A stretch of 64,000 nt of DNA from Minisyncoccota bacterium (GTDB lineage: Bacteria; Patescibacteriota; Minisyncoccia; Phycocordibacterales; JABMNX01). The stretch is from NCBI GenBank assembly GCA_026195275.1, contig JAPHQU010000001.1, positions 77,712 through 141,711 of the forward strand, in the 5' to 3' direction. This document shows positions 27,056 through 39,279 of the stretch, piece by piece (within the stretch, counting starts at the first letter, position 1; every line of letters begins with the position of its first letter). The translations under genes and the position numbers were made by a program. The notes under the pieces were generated by a model. It made no database searches, had not been told where the DNA came from, and worked only from the letters and a program-made list of their open reading frames with translations.

Positions 27056-27466
27056 TTATGCGATACTGATCGTGTCACCTTTCTTAAGGTAGACGTACGC
27101 TTTCTTCCCTCCGGATTTTGTTCCAAAGAGATTGCGAGATCCACGCACACGCACGCGCTTTGACGGAACTCTCGTGATGTTGATCTTCCGTGGCGTCACC
27201 TTGTAGAGTGTTTGAATCGCCTCAATAATGTCGTGCTTGGTCGCACGAGGGGAGACATCGAAAACATATACTCCTTCCTCGGCATTGAGCGTAGCTTTTT
27301 CGGTGATTCGCGGACGAGTAAGTATCGATGCGGTGTCTCGTGTGATAACTGGCGTAGCCTTGGTGTCGACCTTCTTTTCCGCTTTCGGCGTTTTCTTCTC
27401 TACTGCCGGAGCTACCGCTTCTGCCGCGTTCTCCTCACCGTCTTTTTTTATTCGAAATAATGCCAT
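27056..27466 (-). CDS. rplW: 50S ribosomal protein L23 with Lys/Ala-rich N-terminal extension
   Basis: C-terminal 95 aa match L23. Confidence 0.85.
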   Translation of the reverse strand: MALFRIKKDGEENAAEAVAPAVEKKTPKAEKKVDTKATPVITRDTASILTRPRITEKATLNAEEGVYVFDVSPRATKHDIIEAIQTLYKVTPRKINITRVPSKRVRVRGSRNLFGTKSGGKKAYVYLKKGDTISIA

Positions 27467-27467
27467 A

Positions 27468-28160
27468 TTACTCGTTTACTATCACTTCTTCTTTGCGTGT
27501 CGCTCCCTTGCTCTCAAGGAATGAAAGTGCCTCAGATGGATTCGCGAAGATGACATACTTGGTTGCCAACACGTCACGCGCATTAAGATTGCGTACCTCG
27601 CCAACCTCCATGTTGCCGAAGTTATTAAAACTCCTCTCAACCACAGGGTCCTTATCAGCGGTCACCACAAGAGCACTATTGCGCTTCTTTGAGGTGAGCG
27701 TATCAAATCCTGCAACCTGTGACAATGCACCAAGTGTTTTCTTTGCCTCAGCGGTCTTTGGCGCATCAAACGCAAATGAATCAACAAAGAGAAGCTCCCC
27801 ATCACGAAGTTTCTGTGAAAGCGCAGTATAGAGCGCCTTGGTGCGCATTTTCTTATTTATCTTCTTTGAGTAGTCCTTGTCGTTTCGCGGACCAAAAGTA
27901 ACACCGCCACCGCGCCAGAGTGGTGAACGGCTTGAGCCGTGACGCGCGCGACCGGTGCCCTTCTGGCGCCATGGCTTTTTACCGCCACCGCGCACTTCGC
28001 CGCGATCTTTCGTGTGAGCTACGGGCGTGCGTGCGTTTGCCTCGATCGCAACAACGACCTGATGCACGAGATCAGCATTCCACGGAAGTCCAAAGACCTG
28101 CTCGGGGAGCGAGATGGTGCGAACCTCTTTTCCTTCTTGGTTGTATACTTTTGCGTCCAT
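27468..28160 (-). CDS. rplD: 50S ribosomal protein L4
   Basis: GGGKKPWRQKGTGRARHGS motif. Confidence 0.9.
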   Translation of the reverse strand: MDAKVYNQEGKEVRTISLPEQVFGLPWNADLVHQVVVAIEANARTPVAHTKDRGEVRGGGKKPWRQKGTGRARHGSSRSPLWRGGGVTFGPRNDKDYSKKINKKMRTKALYTALSQKLRDGELLFVDSFAFDAPKTAEAKKTLGALSQVAGFDTLTSKKRNSALVVTADKDPVVERSFNNFGNMEVGEVRNLNARDVLATKYVIFANPSEALSFLESKGATRKEEVIVNE

Positions 28161-28170
28161 ACTATAAAAA

Positions 28171-28776
28171 TTACTTTACACGAATCTCAACGAGGGTTCC
28201 TCGGTGTCCGGGTACCGCGCCCTTAAGCACGATCTGATTGTTCTGCGTGTCGACCTGAAGCACTTTAAGGTTCTTGACCGTTACCCGGTCAGCACCCATA
28301 CGCCCTGCCATACGAAGCCCTTTAAGCACACGCTGCGGACCCTGTGCTCCAATTGAACCCGGAGTTCGCTCGTGGTGTTTGTTACCATGCGAACGACGAC
28401 CGCCGGCAAAACCATGGCGCTTCACCACACCCTGGAACCCTTTACCTTTTGAGACAGCTGAAACCTCAACAACATCTCCCACCTCAAACTTTGAGACATC
28501 GACGACATCTCCACGATTGAATTCCTCATCAGTTTTGAACTCTTTGAGCGTACGAAACATGCCAAGATCTTTGAAATGCCCCTTCTGTGCACTCGCAACA
28601 TTCTTTTCGTGCTTCTCACCAAAGCCAACCTGCACCGCTTGGTATCCGTCTTTCTCGGTCGTCTTTACCTGAGTCACGGTCACAGGACCCGCCTTGAGGA
28701 CGGTTGCCGGCGACACAGCACCAGTCTCATCAAAGACTTGCGTCATGTATTGCTTTGTTCCAAGAATGAATTTCAT
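28171..28776 (-). CDS. rplC: 50S ribosomal protein L3
   Basis: ORF 28171..28917; start set at ATG 28776 (MKFILGTKQYMTQVFDETG), about 201 aa like L3. Confidence 0.85.
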   Translation of the reverse strand: MKFILGTKQYMTQVFDETGAVSPATVLKAGPVTVTQVKTTEKDGYQAVQVGFGEKHEKNVASAQKGHFKDLGMFRTLKEFKTDEEFNRGDVVDVSKFEVGDVVEVSAVSKGKGFQGVVKRHGFAGGRRSHGNKHHERTPGSIGAQGPQRVLKGLRMAGRMGADRVTVKNLKVLQVDTQNNQIVLKGAVPGHRGTLVEIRVK

Positions 28777-28994
28777 TGTTACGAAAAAATCCGCAATGGA
28801 CAGAGTTCCATGTGCGGAATATCTGCCATTGGTCCGCGAGGCGGACATAGCTACCCAAAATTGGGTACAGGGAGAGTATACAGGAGTGGAATAATAATGC
28901 AAGTAGAGCGCCCGCACCTCACTTGGAGGTTAAACGTTCTAAGTATTCTGATTCTCCATAAAATTTATCTAATGTGGCACTGGTGCTGACACAA

Positions 28995-29030
28995 CAAAAA
29001 ACCGCCTATATAGGCGGTTTTTTGTTGTGT
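28995..29030. terminator. perfect palindromic bidirectional terminator AAAAAACCGCCTATATAGGCGGTTTTTT right after rpsJ
   Basis: 15-bp perfect palindrome with A/T tracts both sides, 17 nt downstream of rpsJ stop. Confidence 0.65.
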
Positions 29031-29046
29031 TTCTGATAACCAGAGA

Positions 29047-29457
29047 CTACATCATCTTCACCTCAATCGAGACACCTGAAGGTAAAGATAGGTTGGTCAA
29101 CGACTCGATGACCTTCTGGTTGGGGTTGAGTATGTCGATCATCCGCTTATGGACCCGCATCTCGAATTGTTCTCGCGCGTCCTTATGTACGAACGTAGAC
29201 CGATTTACCGTGTAGCGCTTCTTTTCAGTCGGAAGCGGCACCGGTCCCACAACCTCAGCGTCGTAGCGCATCGCGGTATCGATGATCTGCTTCACCGATG
29301 TATCAAGGAGTTTGTGCTCGTAGGCGCGAACCCGGATACGAAGGCGTTCGATGCCGCCGGAAGCTTCCGGCGATTTCTTTTTTGCAGACGCTTTCTTTGT
29401 CGTTTTTTCTTTTGTCTCTTTAGTTGTCATGGTTCTTTTTTCTCTTTTGGATGACAC
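29047..29457 (-). CDS. rpsJ: 30S ribosomal protein S10 with Lys-rich N-terminal extension
   Basis: core IERLRIRVRAYEHKLLDTSVKQIIDTAMRYDAEVVGPVPLPTEKKRYTVNRSTFVHKDAREQFEMRVHKRMIDI matches S10. Confidence 0.9.
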   Translation of the reverse strand: MSSKREKRTMTTKETKEKTTKKASAKKKSPEASGGIERLRIRVRAYEHKLLDTSVKQIIDTAMRYDAEVVGPVPLPTEKKRYTVNRSTFVHKDAREQFEMRVHKRMIDILNPNQKVIESLTNLSLPSGVSIEVKMM

Positions 29458-29499
29458 GCGTGTAACTACCAGTGTAGCACAGAGTGTCGTTTGTGTTGC

Positions 29500-30696
<1,197 letters not shown>

Positions 30697-30911
30697 GATA
30701 ATTTTCTTTTAATGACTTAGGAATTCCCAGAAGTAAGCGCGCGAGAACGATAACTTATTTCCAAGAACTACCAATGACTAATAAATGAACGGGCAGAACC
30801 CGCACAAAAAAACACGCGTTAATGCGTACCGAACATACTACAGAGGGCTAGTGTGAAAGTCAAGAAAAAAGAAGCTGAAAATCATTAACTTTAGAAAGTA
30901 AGATAATCGCG

Positions 30912-30946
30912 AAAAAACACCAACCTGCAGGTTGGTGTTTTTTGTG
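30912..30946 (-). terminator. intrinsic terminator ACACCAACCTGCAGGTTGGTGT (palindrome) + TTTTTTG after fusA
   Basis: 12-bp perfect stem 18 nt after fusA stop; separates fusA from tuf. Confidence 0.6.
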
Positions 30947-30963
30947 GCTTATATAATACTCTT

Positions 30964-33156
<2,193 letters not shown>

Positions 33157-33227
33157 AAAATCAGTTTATAAAGTTAAAAGTTATAAAGTTCGCAAGATAT
33201 TCTTCTGTACTAAAGATACCCTGAAAA

Positions 33228-33689
33228 TTACCAGGCGAAGTGAGCAAAGGCCTTGTTCGCCTCTGCCATCTTGTGTGTATTCTCTCGGCGCTTTACCGCC
33301 TCTCCTTCACCTGCGTACGCGAGCATAAGCTCTTCGGCAAGTCGCTTATGCATTGGCATGCCTTTACGCGCCTTTGCAGCTGCAATGATCCAACGCATTG
33401 CGAGCGCAAGACGTCGCTCTGCGCGAATCTCGCGTGGCACCTGGTAGTTTGCACCACCGACACGCCGCGAGCGCACCTCAACTGATGGCTCAACATTGCG
33501 GAGCGCTGTCTCGAAGATCTCGATCGGGTCACCCTTCTTCTTGAGCTCATCGAACGTTCTGTACACAATCGTGCGTGCAGTGTTCTTCTTGCCGCGTTCC
33601 ATGATGTAGTTGATGAGCTTCGCTACCTTCACTGAGTCATACGTGAAGTCTGGCTGAAGTTCTACTTTTTTCTTGAGTGGTCGTCGCAT
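33228..33689 (-). CDS. rpsG: 30S ribosomal protein S7
   Basis: typical S7, 153 aa. Confidence 0.9.
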   Translation of the reverse strand: MRRPLKKKVELQPDFTYDSVKVAKLINYIMERGKKNTARTIVYRTFDELKKKGDPIEIFETALRNVEPSVEVRSRRVGGANYQVPREIRAERRLALAMRWIIAAAKARKGMPMHKRLAEELMLAYAGEGEAVKRRENTHKMAEANKAFAHFAW

Positions 33690-33694
33690 AGTTA

Positions 33695-34102
33695 TTATTT
33701 TTCTCGTTTTGCACCGTAGCGGCTTCGGCTCTTCTTTCGGTTTGCTACCCCCTCCGCATCAAGCTTACCGCGCACAATCGTGTAGCGCACGTTAATGTCT
33801 TTCACGCGCCCACCGCGCAGAAGCACCACTGAGTGCTCCTGAAGGTTGTGTCCCATACCGGGGATGTATGCGGTTACCTCCATACCGTTCGTAAGACGAA
33901 CGCGGGCAATCTTTCGGATAGCTGAGTTCGGCTTACGCGGCGTCTTGGTCGTCACCTTTGTGCAGACTCCACGCTTGAATGGTGAGGGGTAGAATGCCGG
34001 ACGATTCTTAAGTGTATTGAAACCACGAGTAAGTGCCACCGCTTTTGATTTGGTGACCGGCTTTTTTCGTCCCTTTCGAGCAAGTTGATTGATTGTTGAC
34101 AT
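33695..34102 (-). CDS. rpsL: 30S ribosomal protein S12
   Basis: [57 protein letters not shown]. Confidence 0.9.
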   Translation of the reverse strand: MSTINQLARKGRKKPVTKSKAVALTRGFNTLKNRPAFYPSPFKRGVCTKVTTKTPRKPNSAIRKIARVRLTNGMEVTAYIPGMGHNLQEHSVVLLRGGRVKDINVRYTIVRGKLDAEGVANRKKSRSRYGAKREK

Positions 34103-34147
34103 AATTCAAACAGAAACACGCCAGTTGCGTGTGGACACTACTGTACT

Positions 34148-34192
34148 ATGCCCGCTTAAAAAATGCAACAAAAGACGGGGCTGAGGCTCCGT
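34148..34192 (-). terminator. intrinsic terminator for M50 protease gene (ACGGAGC-CUCA-GCCCCGU + CUUUUGUUGCAUUUUUU on minus RNA)
   Basis: 7-bp stem + long U tract about 90 nt after stop of 34281..34928. Confidence 0.5.
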
Positions 34193-34280
34193 TTCAGATG
34201 TTTTGTTCTCTTCTTCCGTATCCATTAATCAAATGAATCTGCTCAGTATCCAAACACACTCCTCGTCCTCTAATAATCTC

Positions 34281-34928
34281 CTAGATGCCAACGATATGTT
34301 GTGTAAGAGAGTAGACAAACTGTATGAACACACCACTAAAGAGATAGATAAAGAGAAGAATGAGTCCAAATCCGAGGAATACGTTGTACTCAAGCGTGAC
34401 GCGCAAGCGGTCATATGCCTGCGCGAGAGAGGACGGTAGAAATGCCGCAAGCACCTTTGAGCCGTCAAGTGGTGGGATTGGGATGAGGTTGATTGTCGCC
34501 AGAAGTATATTAATAAATACAACAAGTGTACTTATCTCAATAAACGCCGGTGTAAGGAAGCCGAACAATGACCCGATATGTACCACGACACCAAAGAAAA
34601 GTGCGATAAGGATATTCACGCCGGGACCAGCAAATGCCACGAGTGCTTCGCCCCACTTCTGCGCCCACGCGTACTTACGCAAATTATACGCATTGTACGG
34701 CACCGGCTTTGCCCATCCAAAGAGAATCGGAGAACTCGAGAGAACCAAAAGCCCCGGAATAATGATCGACCCCATGAGATCGATGTGCTTCAGCGGGTTA
34801 AGGGTGAGTCTGCCGGCAACGCGCGCGGTCGGATCACCAAGTGAGTTCGCAGCGTACCCGTGTGCAACCTCATGGATAACCACTGAGAGGATGAGTATGA
34901 TAATAGCGAAGAGAATTCCTGTTTCCAT
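34281..34928 (-). CDS. site-2-protease family (M50) membrane zinc metalloprotease
   Basis: HEVAHG (HExxH) inside first TM helix, 215 aa polytopic membrane protein. Confidence 0.75.
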   Translation of the reverse strand: METGILFAIIILILSVVIHEVAHGYAANSLGDPTARVAGRLTLNPLKHIDLMGSIIIPGLLVLSSSPILFGWAKPVPYNAYNLRKYAWAQKWGEALVAFAGPGVNILIALFFGVVVHIGSLFGFLTPAFIEISTLVVFINILLATINLIPIPPLDGSKVLAAFLPSSLAQAYDRLRVTLEYNVFLGFGLILLFIYLFSGVFIQFVYSLTQHIVGI

Positions 34929-35037
34929 ATATAGTCTATAGCTTATCGTCTTTACCGTGGTACGTAAATGGCGATTTGCATAAAACGAAGTAAACTGGTA
35001 TATTCTGTAGCACTTGATTGAGTGGTGGTGTGAAGAT

Positions 35038-35104
35038 CACCCCAGTGGAATCCTCCGCAGTAGTGGCGGAGGTGTGCCGCCAAGGCGACACATTTCACGG
35101 GGTG
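35038..35104 (+). repeat. structured three-helix element, copy B, 40 nt upstream of rpmB start codon
   Basis: CACCCCAGTGGAAT-[CCTCCGC-AGTAGTG-GCGGAGG]-[TGTGCCGCC-AAG-GCGACACA]-ATTTCACGGGGTG; same architecture and outer-stem sequence as 21953..22017 (reverse complement) and internal hairpins nearly identical to 22039..22099. Confidence 0.6.
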
Positions 35105-35144
35105 TCAGACCTTCTCATTCGCTCCGCTCATAACAAGGTCTAAC

Positions 35145-35387
35145 ATGGCAAAAGAATGTCCAATCACAAAGAAGACCTCTAAGGTTGCTGGCGGCTACAG
35201 CAACCGTACTCGTGCTACCCAATTCAACCCAACCGGCAAAAAGCGTCGCCAGGTGAACCTCCAGAAAAAGACTATTTTCGTCCCTGAGATTGATAAGAAA
35301 GTGACTGTCAAAGTATCAACCAAAGGAATCCGCACGATCAACAAGAACGGCGCATACAAAACCCTCAAGAAAGCAGGACTAATTTAG
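35145..35387 (+). CDS. rpmB: 50S ribosomal protein L28
   Basis: MAKECPITKKTSKVAGGYSNRTRATQFNPTGKKRRQVNL...VSTKGIRTINK matches L28. Confidence 0.85.
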   Translation: MAKECPITKKTSKVAGGYSNRTRATQFNPTGKKRRQVNLQKKTIFVPEIDKKVTVKVSTKGIRTINKNGAYKTLKKAGLI

Positions 35388-35420
35388 AAAGTTGAAGATG
35401 GAAAGCAGAAAGTAGAGACT

Positions 35421-35458
35421 AAACCCCGGCGCCATAGGCGCCGGGGTTTATCTTTTGG
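35421..35458. terminator. bidirectional terminator ACCCCGGCGCC-ATA-GGCGCCGGGGT + TTATCTTTTGG
   Basis: 11-bp perfect GC stem after rpmB, overlapping stop of convergent ComEC-MBL gene. Confidence 0.6.
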
Positions 35459-36314
35459 TGACTGAAAAGCCGTCTGATTCAAAGAGAATTGTTCCGACAT
35501 CCGCTGTGTTCACAGTTTCAATTCCAAGCGCATTGAAAAGACCTATCACTTCTTTATGCGGATGTCCGTAACGATTATCCTCCCCAGCAGAGATGACCGC
35601 AACTTGCGGGCTAACCGCGCGTACAAATGACTCATCACTCGATGTTTTTGAACCATGATGTCCTGCTTTGAGTACGTCGCTCTCCAAACTCCTGCTGTTG
35701 AGGTAGACAAGATACCGCTCAATAGTCTTCTGTGCGTCCCCGGTGAGCATAAACTCTGTCTCGCCGTACACAATACGGATGATGACCGAGCCAGAGTTCG
35801 TCTCAAGATGAGCGACATCACGGTCAGGGAAAAGTATGTCAGCGTACACCCCGCTCACCTCGTCGAGGACAACACGCTGTCCGCGGCGCGCAAGCGCCGC
35901 GGTGACATTGCTCCTTGAGACGGTCTTCTGCAGCTCTTCATATACTGCTGTGTCGTTGAATACACCCGAGTGGAGATATTGAGAGACTTCGTAGCGCGAA
36001 AGCACCTCAATCAGCCCGGCGATGTGGTCTTTGTCGGGATGTGTTGCGAGAACTACATCGATTGACCGGTCGCCCCACGGCATGACTTGTGAGAGTTCAC
36101 GGAGTACCCCCGTGTTCGACCCGCCATCAACGAGCATTTGGTTGCCATTTGGCGCTTCGATGTATATTGCATCGCCTTGCCCAACATCAAGGAACGCAAC
36201 AGTGAGCACCCCCACCCGATCTGTTGCCGCAAGCGTTGCAGACCAAATAAAAAAGTTGAAAAGAATGAATATCAGAACAACGAGTGAGCGTGAGTAGAGC
36301 TGTATAGACTTCAT
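35448..36314 (-). CDS. ComEC/Rec2-type metallo-beta-lactamase domain protein (stand-alone, N-terminal membrane anchor)
   Basis: VDGGSN...VVLATHPDKDHIAGL...MLTGD...VLKAGHHGSKTSS...AVISAG as in the C-terminal MBL domain of ComEC; separate gene from channel domain at 37355..38860. Confidence 0.7.
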   Translation of the reverse strand: MKSIQLYSRSLVVLIFILFNFFIWSATLAATDRVGVLTVAFLDVGQGDAIYIEAPNGNQMLVDGGSNTGVLRELSQVMPWGDRSIDVVLATHPDKDHIAGLIEVLSRYEVSQYLHSGVFNDTAVYEELQKTVSRSNVTAALARRGQRVVLDEVSGVYADILFPDRDVAHLETNSGSVIIRIVYGETEFMLTGDAQKTIERYLVYLNSRSLESDVLKAGHHGSKTSSDESFVRAVSPQVAVISAGEDNRYGHPHKEVIGLFNALGIETVNTADVGTILFESDGFSVTKR

Positions 36315-36383
36315 ACACTTTTAGTATACAAGAACAAACATTTAACTTTTGCTACAATAAAGAAAACTAATCACACATTACGT

Positions 36384-36971
36384 ATGGAGTATCAAGAACA
36401 AACATTTAACCTACCAGCGCTCGAAGGAATCTCAGCTGAGCAGATCGAGGTACACCTCGGGCTCTACCGCGGATACGTGAAGCACACAAACCTTATCCGC
36501 GAGAAAATCCATGAGCTGGAAGTCGCAAACAAAGAAGGAAATACATACACGATTGCTGAGCTTCGCCGACGCTTTAGCTTCGAATTCGACGGTATGCGCA
36601 TGCACGAATACTACTTTGAGTCTCTTGAAGATGGTGCAAAGACACTCGAAGATGGCGCACTTAAATCGGCGCTTGCGGATAAGTACGGAAGTTTTGACGG
36701 ATTCATTGAGCATTTCAAAGCAGTTGGTATGAGCCGCGGCATCGGCTGGACTGTCCTCTACTGGGACCCGAAAGGAGAAACACCACATGTCGCATGGGTT
36801 TCTGACCACGAGCTTGGTGTGCTCGCCGGGCTCCCCGTCCTCATCGCGATGGATATGTGGGAGCACGCCTTCATGGTTGACCATGTCCCCGCCGAGAAAA
36901 GCGCGTACATCGACGCCTTTCTCAAAAACCTTAACTGGAGTGTCGTCGAAAGACGATTTGGAACTCTATAG
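36384..36971 (+). CDS. Fe/Mn superoxide dismutase
   Basis: metal ligand contexts EVH, MRMHEYYF, DMWEHAF; C-terminal NWSVVERRF typical of Fe/Mn SOD. Confidence 0.8.
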   Translation: MEYQEQTFNLPALEGISAEQIEVHLGLYRGYVKHTNLIREKIHELEVANKEGNTYTIAELRRRFSFEFDGMRMHEYYFESLEDGAKTLEDGALKSALADKYGSFDGFIEHFKAVGMSRGIGWTVLYWDPKGETPHVAWVSDHELGVLAGLPVLIAMDMWEHAFMVDHVPAEKSAYIDAFLKNLNWSVVERRFGTL

Positions 36972-36973
36972 AA

Positions 36974-37010
36974 ACAAATGACGGACATCGATGTCCGTCA
37001 TTTGTGAATA
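36974..37010. terminator. bidirectional terminator, 14-bp perfect palindrome AAATGACGGACATCGATGTCCGTCATTT
   Basis: between convergent sod and orf37037. Confidence 0.6.
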
Positions 37011-37036
37011 GGGTTTTAATCTCTATTCTCGAGAAT

Positions 37037-37330
37037 CTAGCTTGATCCTCCTGGGGTACCAGGAGTTCCTGGAGTTCCTGGATCTTCAAGAGCGTCGCAC
37101 CCCGCTTCAGGAACCGGGTACTTGTCACCGTGCGCTTCGTGCGCAGGCCACGACCTCTCACTGACTTTGATTATCTCCCATGGATGTTCTTCAGAGCCGG
37201 TCTGGTGGCAGATCTCCATGCGCGTCTGTGTCATATACATCCCCGCTCCCGCAATAGCGGCAACAGCAACTCCGAATACAACTATTTGTGTTGGCATATT
37301 ATTTATCGTATGTATTAAATGAATATACAT
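37037..37330 (-). CDS. hypothetical small membrane protein with C-terminal (GTP)3 repeat
   Basis: 97 aa, one TM helix, C-terminus ...DPGTPGTPGTPGGSS encoded by tandem ggaactcctgga repeats. Confidence 0.4.
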   Translation of the reverse strand: MYIHLIHTINNMPTQIVVFGVAVAAIAGAGMYMTQTRMEICHQTGSEEHPWEIIKVSERSWPAHEAHGDKYPVPEAGCDALEDPGTPGTPGTPGGSS

Positions 37331-37354
37331 ATAGTATACCTGACACCTCCAACG

Positions 37355-38860
37355 CTATTCCACCAACATCCGTGTAAAACTCTCTTCTTCTTGTCTGCGC
37401 CAACGAATGAGAATCAAGAGAACGACTCCATAAAGCAGGTAGATACCAACCATAAGCCACAACGGGAAAGTGTCGAGATGCAGTGATGCAAAGGGGAGTC
37501 GTGCGAAGAGATCGACCACACCAAGCTGATACGAAAGAAAGATCTGCGCAAGAAACGCAAACGGTGTCGCGAGAGATTGACTCACAAACCCCACAACACC
37601 CGCGAGAAACCCGAAGAGCATGGTAATTGGCACCGTAATCAGCACAAGGAGGTTTACCGGCAAAGCGACAAGCGAGAGCTCGCCGACCTTGTAGAGAAGA
37701 AGTGGCAGTACAAATATTTGCGTTGCAATAGTCGCCGTCGCAAACTCGCGAAATTGCAAACGACTCGGCACGAAGTGAAGCCACTCCTCAAGAAGCGGCG
37801 CAAGCCAGATGAGCCCAAGCGTCGCAAGGAACGAGAGTTGAAAGGACGCGTCGTGAATAAGGATCTTTGGGTTGTGAAGCAACATGAGAAACCCCGCGAT
37901 GAAAAGCCCCCGGGTCATGTCGCTTGTGCGCCCAGTCGCGCGCGCAAGAATCACAAAAAGCGCCATGATGCTCGCGCGCACAATAGTTGCCGAGCCACCA
38001 ACCATGATCGCAAAGAGAGGGATCGCGCTCACTCCAAGCATGAGCCCGATTGCAGACGGAAAGAATGAAAGTGCGCGCATGATCGCGTCTGCAACGATGG
38101 TCACGTTGTAGCCGGAGAGCACCACAATATGGATGATACCGGTGGTACGAAAGTCTTGCTGCAGCTTCTCGCCGAGTGACTGCTTCGCACCAACGACGAG
38201 CCCACCAAGAAGCGAGCTCTCCGGGTCTGGGATGAGTCGGCCAATACTCTCAAGAAATGAATGTTTAAAACTAAAAAGATGACGCTTGATAATATTTCCA
38301 TGCCCACTTGATACAAAGGATATCTCGGGGAATATCATTTCATAAAATATGTCGTCCTTTGAGAGATATGCTGCGTAGTTAAAGTACCGACCGGCGTCTG
38401 TTGTGAATCCACCCGGTTTCATAAGCTCACCCTCAAGACGCACACGGTCGCCATAGTGAAACACGGGGTACGAATCCGCAACTACGCGGACCTTTTCACG
38501 GACGAGAGTCTCAGAGATGTGGTCTACAACCACTGTGTAGTTGGTATTATTCTCGCGCCGGTCCGGTTCATCAATAACAACCCCTTCGAGTATTGCTTCA
38601 CTTCCCGTACGTGATTCAAACTCGATACCTCCACGCTTGAGTTCAGCAATATCCATGCGCAACACCCCGCTCCCAACCGCAAGAATGACAAAACTAACAA
38701 GCAATACTTTTCTGCGCTCCTGAGAGACGAGCGAAGAGAGTGCAACAGCTCCTCCGAGAAAAAACACAAAGAAAGAAAATGCAAATCCAAGATCAAAAAA
38801 GGAGCGCCAGAGCACTCCGATACCAAACCCGATGATGATTATGTAGAGGAGAAACTTCAT
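37355..38860 (-). CDS. comEC: ComEC/Rec2 competence channel domain protein (DUF4131 + competence domain)
   Basis: 501 aa polytopic membrane protein; IHIVVLSGYNVTIVADAIMRAL motif typical of ComEC channel domain. Confidence 0.7.
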   Translation of the reverse strand: MKFLLYIIIIGFGIGVLWRSFFDLGFAFSFFVFFLGGAVALSSLVSQERRKVLLVSFVILAVGSGVLRMDIAELKRGGIEFESRTGSEAILEGVVIDEPDRRENNTNYTVVVDHISETLVREKVRVVADSYPVFHYGDRVRLEGELMKPGGFTTDAGRYFNYAAYLSKDDIFYEMIFPEISFVSSGHGNIIKRHLFSFKHSFLESIGRLIPDPESSLLGGLVVGAKQSLGEKLQQDFRTTGIIHIVVLSGYNVTIVADAIMRALSFFPSAIGLMLGVSAIPLFAIMVGGSATIVRASIMALFVILARATGRTSDMTRGLFIAGFLMLLHNPKILIHDASFQLSFLATLGLIWLAPLLEEWLHFVPSRLQFREFATATIATQIFVLPLLLYKVGELSLVALPVNLLVLITVPITMLFGFLAGVVGFVSQSLATPFAFLAQIFLSYQLGVVDLFARLPFASLHLDTFPLWLMVGIYLLYGVVLLILIRWRRQEEESFTRMLVE

Positions 38861-38868
38861 AAGATCCG

Positions 38869-39279
38869 CTACTCCCCGCGGTCCATAGCTTCATTCGCGA
38901 GTCGGTCCGCTTCTGCGTTCTCCGCGCGCGGTATATGCGTGAAGGTAACATGTGGCATGTCTTTGAGCATCTCTTGGATCCGGTTGTATTGATCGCGAAG
39001 TGTGGGCATCTTAATACGGTAGTTACCATTGAGCTGCTCGACCACGAGTTGGCTATCAAGCTTAAAAAGTATCTTTTCCTCTGCAAATCCGAGATCTTTC
39101 GCGGTATGGAGTCCAAGGATAACCGCTTCATACTCCGCCCAGTTGTTTGTCTGCACACCAAGAAACCGCGAGGTCTCTTCAATAACCTTCCCGTCATCCC
39201 CCACAATAACAACACCGGCTCCAGCCGGCCCTGGGTTATTTCGCGCACCTCCGTCGGTATAGATCGTGATGTGTTTCAT
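38869..39279 (-). CDS. rnhA: ribonuclease HI
   Basis: start MKHITIYTDGGARNNPGPAG (ATG 39279); DDE residues in YTDGG, WAEYEA, LDSQLV, HIPRAENAEADRLA. Confidence 0.9.
   Translation of the reverse strand: MKHITIYTDGGARNNPGPAGAGVVIVGDDGKVIEETSRFLGVQTNNWAEYEAVILGLHTAKDLGFAEEKILFKLDSQLVVEQLNGNYRIKMPTLRDQYNRIQEMLKDMPHVTFTHIPRAENAEADRLANEAMDRGE

Noticed and set aside
35060-35100. Possible SRP (4.5S) RNA because of GCCAAGGC / GTGTGCC 8-mers
   Set aside because: Conserved SRP domain-IV motifs (GGAAGCAG apical loop, symmetric A-rich internal loops) are absent; the region is better explained as copy B of the three-helix repeat family.
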